This document shows positions 10,656 to 20,711 of a DNA stretch of 64,000 nt, piece by piece. The stretch is from an uncultured Gammaproteobacteria bacterium (GTDB lineage Bacteria; Patescibacteriota; Microgenomatia; Levybacterales; UBA12049): positions 2,591 through 66,590 of the forward strand of contig CAZEJU010000006.1 in the NCBI GenBank assembly GCA_964512695.1. The letters are read 5' to 3'. Made by a program: the position numbers and the translations under genes. How positions within the stretch are numbered: position 1 is the stretch's first letter; each line of letters begins with the position of its first letter. A model generated the notes under the pieces. It was given only the letters and a program-made list of their open reading frames with translations. It searched no databases and was not told where the DNA came from.

Positions 10656-11322
10656 AAATGATTTCTCCTTCTAATACTTTTTTATCTCTTTTCGCAAAAA
10701 TCAATCCCATGATTAATCCAGTAAAAAAACCTCCTACATGTGCCCAGAAAGCTACTCCTCCTTCAGAACTTGCTAGTGATAATGATGTCGCTCCCGAAAA
10801 TATTTGAAGAATTAACCAGTATCCTAACATCAACGATGCATTAATGTTTGTCATCGAAATAAATCCGAAAAATATAACAAATGTTCTGATTTTGTGATTG
10901 GGAAAATAATAAAAGTAAGCACCCAATGCACCTGCTACAGCTCCTGATGCTCCGAGCATGGGTATATCTGAATTCGGCATGAAAAAATATTGCGCGAAGC
11001 CACCCGCAATACCTGAAAAGAGATAGAGAAAAAGATATGGCAGGTGACCTATCTGTCCTTCAACATTATCTCCAAAAATCCATAAAAACCACATATTCGA
11101 TATGATATGCAGCCAGTTTCCGTGAAGGAATATAGATGATATGAAAGGGAAAAGGGTAGATAGGTTTGAAAAGTCGATAGTCGATGGGACTAATGCGTAT
11201 TGTAAGGTAAAAGATTCAAAATCTATTAGTTGAAGATAAAAAACATAACTTGTGAGTGCAATTAACCCAAAGTTAATAAAAGGAAATTTTTTAGACGGCA
11301 CAGAATCACTAATAGGAAACAT
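10648..11322 (-). CDS. Rhomboid family intramembrane serine protease
   Basis: FLHG.WLH..SNM.FLWIFGDNVE, GASGA, VAFWAHVGGF. Confidence 0.95.
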   Translation of the reverse strand: MFPISDSVPSKKFPFINFGLIALTSYVFYLQLIDFESFTLQYALVPSTIDFSNLSTLFPFISSIFLHGNWLHIISNMWFLWIFGDNVEGQIGHLPYLFLYLFSGIAGGFAQYFFMPNSDIPMLGASGAVAGALGAYFYYFPNHKIRTFVIFFGFISMTNINASLMLGYWLILQIFSGATSLSLASSEGGVAFWAHVGGFFTGLIMGLIFAKRDKKVLEGEIIYE

Positions 11323-11450
11323 ACTAGTACACTAGATTCATGATTTAAGATTCATGATTCAAGTATGTAAGAGTATTGTAGCAGAACAGTTATACTTATT
11401 TAAATGTACAATGTTGACTGATAGAAATACTTGTGTTACGGTAGAGGAAG

Positions 11451-12605
11451 ATGGAAAATCAAGAGAAAAGTACTAATCGACTATCAATCCTTCTCAGGAA
11501 TAATAAAATAAAATTATTAGCTTTATTTTGTTTATTTCTCCTTTGCTTACTTATACTTATTCCATCTACTTTCAAAACCTCTCAAACAAAAAAAACGTCA
11601 GTCATTCCTACGACTAAACCTACTAGCGAGATTGAAACAATGCTTAAAGTTGAGCAAAGAACGAATAGTATGCTTGATTATATTAATACTCAGCGCCAGC
11701 CGAATGGATATTATCAATATCTTGCTCACTACGATGAGATTTGTAGAGAAGTAAACGGTAAAAAAGAATGCCCTTTCGCGGGAGGTAGAGTTTTTCCTTC
11801 AAGTAATGCATGGACAGCACTTGCTAATTTTTCCGGCTCTATAATTAATGATAATAAGACGTATCTGAATAAAGCCAAGGAAGATATTGAAAAGTTAGCA
11901 ATATATTGCAAAGACAAAATTGAGGATTGTCGCTTAGCACTTGTGCAACCTTTTTTAATTTATGATCAAACAAAACTCCATCTATATAAAGAATTTATTC
12001 TTACCCATGCAGAGACACTCTTAAGAGAATCGGATGTGCCTCTTGCTATGATCCAAGCAATAGAGAGTAGAGAACTTCTTTTTATCTATATTCTTACAGG
12101 AGAAGACCGGTATAGAGATGCTTCAATAAAACGATTAGAAAAAGCCAAAAACATTCTTGAAAACGGTACTTCATTATATGTAACCAAAGATGGATATATT
12201 TTTAAAAATAGCGCATGCTGGGTAACGCTTGCCCAAGCTTCATTTGGCCGCCTTCAAAAAGATCATCCTGAAGTTAAAGAAGCGGAAGCATTTTTAGAAA
12301 GTAATAATGTTTATGGAAATGCTGCTGGTCTTAGTCAAGCAATAGAACAACAACCATGTATAGATGCCTACTTCGAGTTAGCATTGGTTACAGGAAATGA
12401 AACACATGCACATACAGGAAAATATTTTCTCAATAATTTTATTTCTTCTTTCTGGGACAGTCCTGAGGCAAATAAAGTATGGGGTGAAGGAGGAACTGCA
12501 TCAGTATCAACGGTGTCCCAATCAGATATATTAAGAAAACATGTAAATATTACAGATTCAGCATATACTGTATATTTATTATATAGAGCGAAAACTAATC
12601 AATAA
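11451..12605 (+). CDS. Membrane-anchored hypothetical protein, predicted all-helical extracellular domain
   Basis: Single N-terminal TM, Thr/Pro linker, helical body; upstream TTGACT...-like promoter. Confidence 0.7.
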   Translation: MENQEKSTNRLSILLRNNKIKLLALFCLFLLCLLILIPSTFKTSQTKKTSVIPTTKPTSEIETMLKVEQRTNSMLDYINTQRQPNGYYQYLAHYDEICREVNGKKECPFAGGRVFPSSNAWTALANFSGSIINDNKTYLNKAKEDIEKLAIYCKDKIEDCRLALVQPFLIYDQTKLHLYKEFILTHAETLLRESDVPLAMIQAIESRELLFIYILTGEDRYRDASIKRLEKAKNILENGTSLYVTKDGYIFKNSACWVTLAQASFGRLQKDHPEVKEAEAFLESNNVYGNAAGLSQAIEQQPCIDAYFELALVTGNETHAHTGKYFLNNFISSFWDSPEANKVWGEGGTASVSTVSQSDILRKHVNITDSAYTVYLLYRAKTNQ

Positions 12606-12607
12606 AA

Positions 12608-13534
12608 ATGAGTACTTTACGTAAAAAATTTCAGTTCTTTATTCTCATTGGATCACTGTTTTTTGTAATCGCAGGCCAATCACCTGTATCTGCATGGAAT
12701 GATGGCCCTGCTCCTTGCGGTGAATTATGCTGTGGTCCAAGCGGGGAGACTCGACAACCTGTTACCCCACAACCAGGTGAAACGTGTTGCGAAACGAGTG
12801 GAGATACTCTATGTCATTATGCATGCAGTAATCAATACTATAAATCTACGATTTGTGTAAAAACTTGTGTATATCCTACTTTACCTCCAGCACCTCCTTA
12901 TAATCCACCCCCTGAACCAGCTGCGTGTCCTTCATTTGCTCAAGGCCAAGATTGTGCTGGAATGAATGTAGCCGGTACAACTGATAGAGGGGATACCATA
13001 ACTGTTACAGCATTTTCTAAAGCACCTGTTTCCACAGAAAGTAATAGATTTAAAAGAACTACGACTTTTCAAGTTCAAAAAGACAATGTGAGAATGACAA
13101 GCTCAAATCCTATTGAAGTTGTACGTGTAAATGCATCAGAACTACCAACTGGATATACAGCTGATAATGCTGAATATTATAAGGCCTCTTGGTCATACAA
13201 AATTCCCGATATTGTTACAAGCGGTAGCAGATTTCGTATAAGCGTAAGTAATAGTTGTTCTGCGCTTTATGCACAATCGCCTAGCCAAACAACAGTTTCA
13301 TTAGAAAGTACAGTGAAAAACTATATTGTAGAAAAACAATTGAATTTTTCTAAACTATTAAGTCCGATTCTTGAAAGTAAGCTGTTTAATATTAAAGCAC
13401 ATGCACAATCCTCACAGAGTATGGGAGAAAACGCTTTACAGCTGATGCCGTTTTACCCTACTCCTACTACAACTCCAGCACTCAATCCTGCTATTGTTAC
13501 AGAGTGTGGTGCGGTATCCTTCATAGTGAACTAG
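12608..13534 (+). CDS. Secreted Cys-rich hypothetical protein
   Basis: Signal peptide, Cys-dense N-terminal domain, Pro linker, beta-rich C-terminal part; 2 bp from the upstream gene. Confidence 0.7.
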   Translation: MSTLRKKFQFFILIGSLFFVIAGQSPVSAWNDGPAPCGELCCGPSGETRQPVTPQPGETCCETSGDTLCHYACSNQYYKSTICVKTCVYPTLPPAPPYNPPPEPAACPSFAQGQDCAGMNVAGTTDRGDTITVTAFSKAPVSTESNRFKRTTTFQVQKDNVRMTSSNPIEVVRVNASELPTGYTADNAEYYKASWSYKIPDIVTSGSRFRISVSNSCSALYAQSPSQTTVSLESTVKNYIVEKQLNFSKLLSPILESKLFNIKAHAQSSQSMGENALQLMPFYPTPTTTPALNPAIVTECGAVSFIVN

Positions 13535-13654
13535 GGAAGCTGATTTAAGCACCTATACGTATTGTAAGAAATTTGTAGAGAAACAGTAAAAAGTGTTTAT
13601 TACCAAAAAAATTTATTGCATTTAGTAAACAGGTATGTTACATATTTGAATAGC

Positions 13655-15277
13655 ATGCATAAGCAAGTAGGATTCCTTCCTTGGCCACAATCAGTCATTT
13701 ATCAAATATATCCCCGGAGTTTTAAAGATACGAATAATGATGGTGTGGGTGACTTAAAAGGAGTTATAGAAAAGCTTGATTATTTCGTAGAACTAGGAAT
13801 AGATTCTTTATGGATATCTCCTTTTTATCCTTCCCCTATGAAAGATTTTGGATATGATATTTCGGATTACTGTAGTATTGATCCTATATTCGGAACACTT
13901 GATGATTTTGATGTATTACTTCAAGAGGCTCACAACCGTGAGATGAAAATAATGATTGATTATGTACCGAATCATACATCTGACCAACATCCCTGGTTTA
14001 AAGAGTCACGCTCCTCTAGGGATAACCCTAAACGAGATTGGTATATATGGAAAGATCCTAAGCCCGATGGTTCAGTACCAAATAACTGGTTAAGTATTTT
14101 TGGCGGTTCAGTATGGGAATTTGATAAAACGACAGGGCAATATTATCTTCATACTTTCTTAAAAGATCAACCAGATCTTAATTGGAGAAATCCAGATGTT
14201 ATAAAAGCTATGATGGATGTTATACGTTTTTGGATGAAAAGAGGAGTTGATGGATTACGGGTCGATGCGTTTATCATGCTATATAAAGATCTACAGTTTT
14301 TAGACGAACCTTATAAGCCAAAAGACCAATGGGATGAAAAACGAATGTATTATAACTTAGAACATATTTATACAGTAAACCATCCGGAGTTATCTCCTTT
14401 ACTTGATGTTTTCTGTGATGTTCTCGATGAATTTGGAGGGAAGTTTATGATAACTGAGACTTCTGGTCGTTTATTGACAATGGATCAGTTGATCACACTA
14501 TATAAAAAAAACAGAGAACATGCTCATGCGCCATTTAACTTTTACTTTATAAATTTACCTTGGGATGCAAAAACTTATAAAGAGTTTATAGATACGTATG
14601 ATGTTAAAGTAGGTAATGCTTCTATTCCTACCTACGTACTTGGTAATCATGATAAACCACGAGTCGCTAGCAGAATTGGCAAGGATGCTGCGAAAACAGC
14701 AGCAATGTTGCTTTTAACATTAAGAGGAATACCGACAATCTACTACGGTGAAGAGATAGGCATGGAAGATGCTGATATAAAACCTGAAGAAGCCAAAGAC
14801 CCGCATAGAACAGTCGTTCAGGGAGTTCTTGTGAGTAGAGACCCTGAAAGAACTCCTATGCAATGGAATGACAGGGGATTTGCAGGATTTTCAGAAAAAG
14901 CACCTTGGTTACCAATCAATGAAAATTTTAAAGAAGTAAATGTGGAAAATGAAAGAAAAGATTCACATTCAATGTTATCCCTTCACAAAGCTCTTCTCAC
15001 ATTACGGAAAAAACATGTACCTTTTACAAAAGGAAGTTATCAATCTTTACCAGAGAGTACAAATAAGGTTTTTGCATACTACCGAAAAACAGAAGATGAA
15101 ACTTTTCTTATTGTTTTAAATTTTACAGATTCACAATCGACAATAACATTACCTTCGTTAAAAGTTGAACCTTTGTTATCGACATATATGGATCAATCAT
15201 CAGGGGTTATAACCATCTTAAGTGAACTAACGCTCAGACCTCACGAAGGAATACTCTATAAACTAGCATCGAGTTAA
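13655..15277 (+). CDS. GH13 alpha-glucosidase / oligo-1,6-glucosidase
   Basis: YQIYPRSFKD.N.DG.GDL, DFGYDISDY, VPNHTSDQHPWF, QPDLNW, DGLRVDA, GNHD, RDPERTPMQW. Confidence 0.95.
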   Translation: MHKQVGFLPWPQSVIYQIYPRSFKDTNNDGVGDLKGVIEKLDYFVELGIDSLWISPFYPSPMKDFGYDISDYCSIDPIFGTLDDFDVLLQEAHNREMKIMIDYVPNHTSDQHPWFKESRSSRDNPKRDWYIWKDPKPDGSVPNNWLSIFGGSVWEFDKTTGQYYLHTFLKDQPDLNWRNPDVIKAMMDVIRFWMKRGVDGLRVDAFIMLYKDLQFLDEPYKPKDQWDEKRMYYNLEHIYTVNHPELSPLLDVFCDVLDEFGGKFMITETSGRLLTMDQLITLYKKNREHAHAPFNFYFINLPWDAKTYKEFIDTYDVKVGNASIPTYVLGNHDKPRVASRIGKDAAKTAAMLLLTLRGIPTIYYGEEIGMEDADIKPEEAKDPHRTVVQGVLVSRDPERTPMQWNDRGFAGFSEKAPWLPINENFKEVNVENERKDSHSMLSLHKALLTLRKKHVPFTKGSYQSLPESTNKVFAYYRKTEDETFLIVLNFTDSQSTITLPSLKVEPLLSTYMDQSSGVITILSELTLRPHEGILYKLASS

Positions 15278-15424
15278 TACTTTTAGAATATTTATTTCAC
15301 TGGAAGAAGTGAACTAACTTCTCATGTTCTTACTTACTACTTATCGATATTTGTAACAGTTATCACACTTTATATGTAATCTAGTGATGAGGTATTTGAT
15401 TTTCTAGTAAAGGAGGTGAGTAGT

Positions 15425-15571
15425 ATGCCAAAGAAAAAAGGTCTTGGAGAAATGTTTGATGATACTCTTGAAACAATCGGTTTAAGTGATGATACTTCAT
15501 CGAAATCTAAAGATCGAAAAGGAGGTAAGACTAGTAAAGGTAAAAAAATAAAGAAATCTTCCAAAAAATAA
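15425..15571 (+). CDS. Unannotated 48-aa Lys-rich small protein
   Basis: SD AAGGAGGTGA, ATG 15425, MPKKKGLGEMFDDTLETIGLSDDTSSKSKDRKGGKTSKGKKIKKSSKK*, terminator follows. Confidence 0.7.
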   Translation: MPKKKGLGEMFDDTLETIGLSDDTSSKSKDRKGGKTSKGKKIKKSSKK

Positions 15572-15588
15572 AATATATTAGTTTCTAT

Positions 15589-15618
15589 AAAAGGCTGTTT
15601 TATATCAGCCTTTTTTTT
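15589..15618 (+). terminator. Intrinsic terminator
   Basis: AAAAGGCTG/CAGCCTTTT stem followed by T-run. Confidence 0.75.
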
Positions 15619-15637
15619 GCTATAGTCTCTTCGGTAC

Positions 15638-16228
15638 ATGAAGAATAAAAGATTGGATACTATTTTAGATATTACTGTTAAATTATCCCAAATAAAAAGA
15701 AATGTACGGTATAGTCAGATATATTTTGAAAATGATGCGGAGCATTGTTATCAGTTAGCGCTAGCAGCATGGAGCGTAAATCATGAATATAACTTAGATC
15801 TTCATGACGAAAAACTTTTAAAGCTTGCTTTAGTACATGATATCATCGAAATATTCACTGGGGATTATGACGGGCACAGAAGTGAAGAGCTACAAAAGTT
15901 AAAACTAGAAAGAGATAAAGCAGCTCTTAAAGAATTTAAACGTGAATATAAACAGCTTAGTGTGTTAATTAAAGAAATAGAAGAGTATGAAAAAAAAGAA
16001 AGTTCAGAGAGCAAACTCATAAATATCCTCGATAAAGCTATTCCTATTCGTCATGTTCATAAAATAAACGATACATATTATAAAAAGAGAAAAATAACTT
16101 TAGAAAAATATGTTTCTTGGTTTTATAGTAAAGTCGCTTATGAACATTTACCTACAAAACTAAAAAATGTAGCAGATGATTTAATAGATGAAGTAATAAA
16201 AATTTATACCTCTTTGTTTTATACTTAA
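15638..16228 (+). CDS. HD-domain phosphohydrolase (YfbR/YGK1-like)
   Basis: R...ENDAEHCYQLA, LALVHDIIE..TGD, EYE...S.E......LDK. Confidence 0.88.
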   Translation: MKNKRLDTILDITVKLSQIKRNVRYSQIYFENDAEHCYQLALAAWSVNHEYNLDLHDEKLLKLALVHDIIEIFTGDYDGHRSEELQKLKLERDKAALKEFKREYKQLSVLIKEIEEYEKKESSESKLINILDKAIPIRHVHKINDTYYKKRKITLEKYVSWFYSKVAYEHLPTKLKNVADDLIDEVIKIYTSLFYT

Positions 16229-16240
16229 TTTCCTGGACTA

Positions 16241-16442
16241 TTAAATATATCTTACTTGTTTATATGCTAATGCCGGTATGACTGCGATTAGCGCTACTAA
16301 AGCCGCCAAAAGAAAAGCTTGTGTTATTCCTATCTGATCAGAAACGAAACCGAGAATAAATAGTAAGAGGAGAAGCAAGCTCGTGGCGTAGCCATCATTA
16401 AAAATATGAAGTGTATTAAGCGTATTTAAAGCGTGTTTTATC
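16241..16442 (-). pseudogene. MFS transporter remnant with large internal deletion
   Basis: LNTLHIFNDGYATSLLLLL (MFS TM1-like) runs directly into FILGFVSDQIGITQAFLLAALVALIA (MFS TM11-12-like); no ATG at the expected start. Confidence 0.55.
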
Positions 16443-16538
16443 TCAGAATCATAGTAGAATTGGTTGTCTTGAATAATTTCCCGTATTAACAGATCTGCTC
16501 TATTACACAATAAAAGCGTATAATATAAAATATAAGTT

Positions 16539-17690
16539 ATGGTTTTATTAGCAATATCTATAATCATAGGATTAATTGCAACTACTTTGTTTATTTTGTC
16601 CTTTTTTCAATCGAACGAGTCAGTTTTCGTTTTTGGCTATGTAATTCCGCTGTGGTTTCAAGCACTAATAATCGCAACAGCCTTATTTATTTCATTTCTC
16701 CTTTTACGAATGAAATTCATTTTACTTTTGCTAGGAGGCATTTGGATTTATGGATGGTATTGGATTGTTACGAACACACTTGGCTATATCGGTATTGATT
16801 TTTCCTGGTACATAGATGCATTGTTAAGTATTTTTTTTATTATATTGAATACCTTAACAATTGGTTCTCATAAGACAGCTACATCGCAGCCTTCTCAAAT
16901 TATAAATAAGATTGCACCCGGTAACTCACTTGAGGATGATGTAGCAAAGGAAGTAGAAATAGAAGAACGTATTAAGGAGCGAACTAAAAATATTCTTGAA
17001 CATGTTCGAGATACAGATTTGCTTTATTTGGATGAAACATGGCTTGAAAATAAGTATTTACAACTTTTTGATGGTTTTGATATTATTTCGAAAACTACAG
17101 TTGAAAGTGATGTTAAAGCAAAAGTATCACTATTGGAAACGAACTCAAAAACAACTCGCGAATACGCACGTATTGAGACTGGTCTTATCGTAAAATATGA
17201 ACAAGTGTTAACGAAATTAGTAGCTACAAATAAAGTTCATGTTGGTATCGAGCTTCCTCTGGTAGTTCCTACTAATCCACAAAAAATCACAACTATGCTT
17301 CAAGACTTACATGAGTTTCTCAGTTTTGAAAAACCCAAAAGCCAGAAAAAAAGAAAAGCTTTGCTAGAAGTTGGCGTAGCGTTGAGGAGATTATATAATG
17401 TTAAACAGAGTCAATATATTATAATTGCTGATAGCTTCACAATTACTGAAGGTGATGAAAACTACACTTTGACGTATACTCATCCAGTCGCAAGGTATGA
17501 GGATATACCTATTGTAATAATGGGGGATTTGCCAAAATCATTAATCTTAGTAAATCATAAATCTTTATTCGCCCGAAGAGTTGGTAGTAGATTAAAACTT
17601 ACAGTACTAGGATTAGTTGTCGATAATACAGTGATGAAATCAAAAGAACAACCAGAGATTATTCTATCCATTAAGGCTGTTCAAATATAA
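16539..17690 (+). CDS. Hypothetical protein, four N-terminal TMs plus soluble domain
   Basis: 383-aa ORF; hydrophobic N-terminal ~110 aa; LYLDE...YLQL motif begins the soluble part. Confidence 0.7.
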   Translation: MVLLAISIIIGLIATTLFILSFFQSNESVFVFGYVIPLWFQALIIATALFISFLLLRMKFILLLLGGIWIYGWYWIVTNTLGYIGIDFSWYIDALLSIFFIILNTLTIGSHKTATSQPSQIINKIAPGNSLEDDVAKEVEIEERIKERTKNILEHVRDTDLLYLDETWLENKYLQLFDGFDIISKTTVESDVKAKVSLLETNSKTTREYARIETGLIVKYEQVLTKLVATNKVHVGIELPLVVPTNPQKITTMLQDLHEFLSFEKPKSQKKRKALLEVGVALRRLYNVKQSQYIIIADSFTITEGDENYTLTYTHPVARYEDIPIVIMGDLPKSLILVNHKSLFARRVGSRLKLTVLGLVVDNTVMKSKEQPEIILSIKAVQI

Positions 17691-17830
17691 TTTTAATACC
17701 ATTTATAAATCTTAGATCTTCAATGATGTAAGTGATGTAAATCACTTGCTTTCTTTATAGTTATTCCAATACTATGGATATAGTAGATAACTGACAGCAG
17801 TCTGCTGTACTGTTTGCCATTAAGCTAGCT

Positions 17831-19237
17831 ATGAATTTTAAACCGTTTGAAAAAAAAGATTTCCCGAAACCACTCTCTCTCAAGGCACTCATCGGACCTA
17901 GTTTTATTATCCTCGGATTAGGGTTAGGAAGCGGAGAATTTATTCTCTGGCCATACTTAACTTCTAATTTCGGTATGGGGATTATATGGGGAGCTCTACT
18001 TGGTATAACATTTCAATTCTTTATGAATATGGAGATCGAACGCTATGCTCTTGTTCGCGGTGAGAGTGTTTTCATGGGATTAGCACGGAAAGTTCGGTTG
18101 ATTACGTTTTGGTTTTTACTTTCTACGTTTATTCCGTGGATCTGGCCAGGAATTGTTGCGTCATCAGGGACGTTAATAGGGCATGTTTTCGGAATTGAGA
18201 ATGTTTCACTTATTTCAGTTATGCTTCTTATTTGTATTGGTTTAATCCTCTCTTTAGGTCCTGTACTCTATAAAACAGTTGAAACCTTGGAAAAAGGACT
18301 TATTCTTCTTGGCGTTCCTACTATTTTTATATTAAGTATTTTCCTAGCGAAAATGAATCATTGGGTTGATATTTCAAAAGGAATTGTCGGTATTGGTAAT
18401 GGATATACATTTTTACCGGAAGGAATTTCTATAGCCTCATTTCTCGCAGCGTTTGCTTATGCCGGTGCGGGAGGAAATCTTAATTTAGCACAATCATTTT
18501 ATATCCGGGAAAAAGGTTATGGTATGGGTAAATATGCTGGAAAGATTACGTCACTACTTACCGGCAAAATTGAAAACGTTTCTCTTACGGGTACTACGTT
18601 CGATATGTCAAAAGAAAATCTACAGGCTTTTAAACAATGGTGGAAGAATATTAATATCGAACACTTCTTAATCTTCTGGCTCACAGGTTCGATTACCATT
18701 ATACTTCTTAGTCTTCTCGCCTATAGTACAGTGTATGGTCTTGAAGGAAACAAACAAGGAATAACATTTCTGATTACTGAGTCAAAAATTATCGGACACA
18801 TGCTATTTCCCGTCGCTGGAACTTTTTTCTTACTCGTTGGAGCTTTAACATTATTCGGAACGCAACTTACTGTATTTGACGCGACAAGCAGAATTATGGC
18901 TGAGAATACGGTGATAGCTTTATACCCCCAATTAAAGGAAAATCATTTAAGAAGATCCTATTATTGTATCCTTTGGCTACAGATTATCGCAGGAATTATT
19001 ATTTTTATGAATGGTTTCACTCAGCCACTTGAATTATTAACGCTTGCGGCAGTAATGAATGCCTTCGCGATGTTTGTTCATGTAGGGCTCACTCTCTGGC
19101 TTAATATGACCAGCCTAGAGAAAGAATTACGACCAAGTATCTTTAGAATTACAGCAATGGGATTAGGCTTTCTCTTTTATGGAGGATTTTCCCTTTATAC
19201 CATATATACAGAGGTAGTCAAATTCATGGGAAAATAG
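17831..19237 (+). CDS. Nramp-like/APC-superfamily transporter
   Basis: IGPSFI..GLGLGSGE.ILWP, E.ERY....GE; about 11 TMs. Confidence 0.8.
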   Translation: MNFKPFEKKDFPKPLSLKALIGPSFIILGLGLGSGEFILWPYLTSNFGMGIIWGALLGITFQFFMNMEIERYALVRGESVFMGLARKVRLITFWFLLSTFIPWIWPGIVASSGTLIGHVFGIENVSLISVMLLICIGLILSLGPVLYKTVETLEKGLILLGVPTIFILSIFLAKMNHWVDISKGIVGIGNGYTFLPEGISIASFLAAFAYAGAGGNLNLAQSFYIREKGYGMGKYAGKITSLLTGKIENVSLTGTTFDMSKENLQAFKQWWKNINIEHFLIFWLTGSITIILLSLLAYSTVYGLEGNKQGITFLITESKIIGHMLFPVAGTFFLLVGALTLFGTQLTVFDATSRIMAENTVIALYPQLKENHLRRSYYCILWLQIIAGIIIFMNGFTQPLELLTLAAVMNAFAMFVHVGLTLWLNMTSLEKELRPSIFRITAMGLGFLFYGGFSLYTIYTEVVKFMGK

Positions 19238-19249
19238 GAGGTGTAATAT

Positions 19250-20056
19250 CTGGAAATAGTTGAACACAGTAAATTGCTTGATATATCAGGTAAAAGTGCA
19301 ATTGTAACAGGAGCAGTAGGCATAGGATATGGTATTGCATATCGCTTGGCCGAAGCTGGAGCTAGCGTCATGATCGCAAGCCGTAGTGAGGAAGAAGCTG
19401 CAGGGACTGCGGCAAAACTTACTGAGAAAGGATGGAAGGCAAAAGGATTACACACAGATGTATCGAATGAAATAGATGTAAAAAGAATGGTTGAGCAAAC
19501 AGTCAATACATTCGGATCAGTAGATATTTTAGTTAATAATGCCGGTATCTATCCCTCAACTCCTGTCAGCCAGATGACTTTAGAACAATTCAAAAAAGTT
19601 GTTGCAGTAAATCTTGAGGGAGTATTTTTATGTTCCAAATATACCTCAGAGCAAATGATTAAACAAGGAAAGGGTGGAAAGATTATCAATATTACGTCTA
19701 TTGATGCACTGCACCCTTCATCTATAGGTTTAGCTCATTATGATGCTTCAAAACATGGAGTCTGGGGTTTTACCAAAAATATTGCGCTTGAACTTGCTCC
19801 GCATGGAATTTGGGTCAATGCAATCGCACCTGGAGGAATTATTACACCAGGTGTTCAAAAGATACAACAGTCTATGCCAATCTCCAACGATGTAAATATG
19901 TCTGAGGTAATAAAAACATTCTTAAACAAAATTCCAATGCACAGGATGGGTGAACCTGATGAGATAGGAAAAGTTGCGCTATTTCTAGCATCAGATATGT
20001 CGTCTTATATAACAGGGACACAAATTGTCGTTGATGGAGGTGTATTACTCTCATAG
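19250..20056 (+). CDS. SDR family oxidoreductase (FabG-like)
   Basis: TGA.GIG, NNAG, YDASK, VNAIAPG, ITG..IVVDGG; SD AGGAGGTG lies 6 nt before an in-frame CTG at 19250 (alternative start TTG 19274). Confidence 0.92.
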   Translation: MEIVEHSKLLDISGKSAIVTGAVGIGYGIAYRLAEAGASVMIASRSEEEAAGTAAKLTEKGWKAKGLHTDVSNEIDVKRMVEQTVNTFGSVDILVNNAGIYPSTPVSQMTLEQFKKVVAVNLEGVFLCSKYTSEQMIKQGKGGKIINITSIDALHPSSIGLAHYDASKHGVWGFTKNIALELAPHGIWVNAIAPGGIITPGVQKIQQSMPISNDVNMSEVIKTFLNKIPMHRMGEPDEIGKVALFLASDMSSYITGTQIVVDGGVLLS

Positions 20057-20063
20057 AGGGGTT

Positions 20064-20417
20064 ATGATAAAAAATGTATTAGACCTTCTGGGATGGGGAA
20101 TAATTCTTTGGTTAATTGGTTATATATTAGGCATTATTCTTTTTTTCATTCTTCCTGTCTCACTAATTGGTTGGTTTATTATGCCAATAGGTTTACTAGT
20201 TACTACATGGGTATTACAGAAAAAAATAAAAAATAGATCTCTCACTTACTACCTTCTTCTTTCCCTGACATGGACAACAATTGCAATTCTGTTAGACTAT
20301 TTATTCCTCGTCAAACTTTTGAAACCAGAAGATGGGTATTATAAAACAGATGTGTACTTGTACTACTTATTTACCTTTACATTCCCACTAGGTATCGGTT
20401 GGCAGAAAAATAAATAA
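20064..20417 (+). CDS. Small four-TM membrane protein
   Basis: Hydrophobic ORF with GAGGGG SD; LDYLF...GYYK.DVYLYY. Confidence 0.75.
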   Translation: MIKNVLDLLGWGIILWLIGYILGIILFFILPVSLIGWFIMPIGLLVTTWVLQKKIKNRSLTYYLLLSLTWTTIAILLDYLFLVKLLKPEDGYYKTDVYLYYLFTFTFPLGIGWQKNK

Positions 20418-20508
20418 ATTTGTACTTATAATTCACCACAACACGGTTCATAAAAGACATTTTTAAAGAGAATTTTTTAATCTTTTAAAAGTTTCATCTA
20501 CCTCAAGT

Positions 20509-20699
20509 TTATGTTATTTCTACTCTGTCTATAAGATCTTTAAGCTTTTCTAACATAAGAGGGAATGCGTGTAGTCTGCCTTTTGGTTGAGATGACCACG
20601 TTTTTTTACTGTTATTAATGCTGCATTGCATCGTTTTTGTAAATCTTCATCTAATCAGTAGGGAACATACTCATCATTATCTGAATTAATGGCTACATT
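20509..20699 (-). pseudogene. RBBP9/YdeN-like alpha/beta hydrolase C-terminal remnant
   Basis: NVAINSDNDEYVPY*LDEDLQKRCNAALITVKKRGHLNQKAD/AFPLMLEKL: SDND..VP and GH.N catalytic-type motifs with an internal stop and a frameshift. Confidence 0.55.
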
Positions 20700-20711
20700 C
20701 TTATACTATAA

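Noticed and set aside
17700-17830. yybP-ykoY Mn riboswitch before the Nramp-like gene
   Set aside because: Only a short ACAGCAG/CTGCTGT hairpin; leader too short and consensus absent
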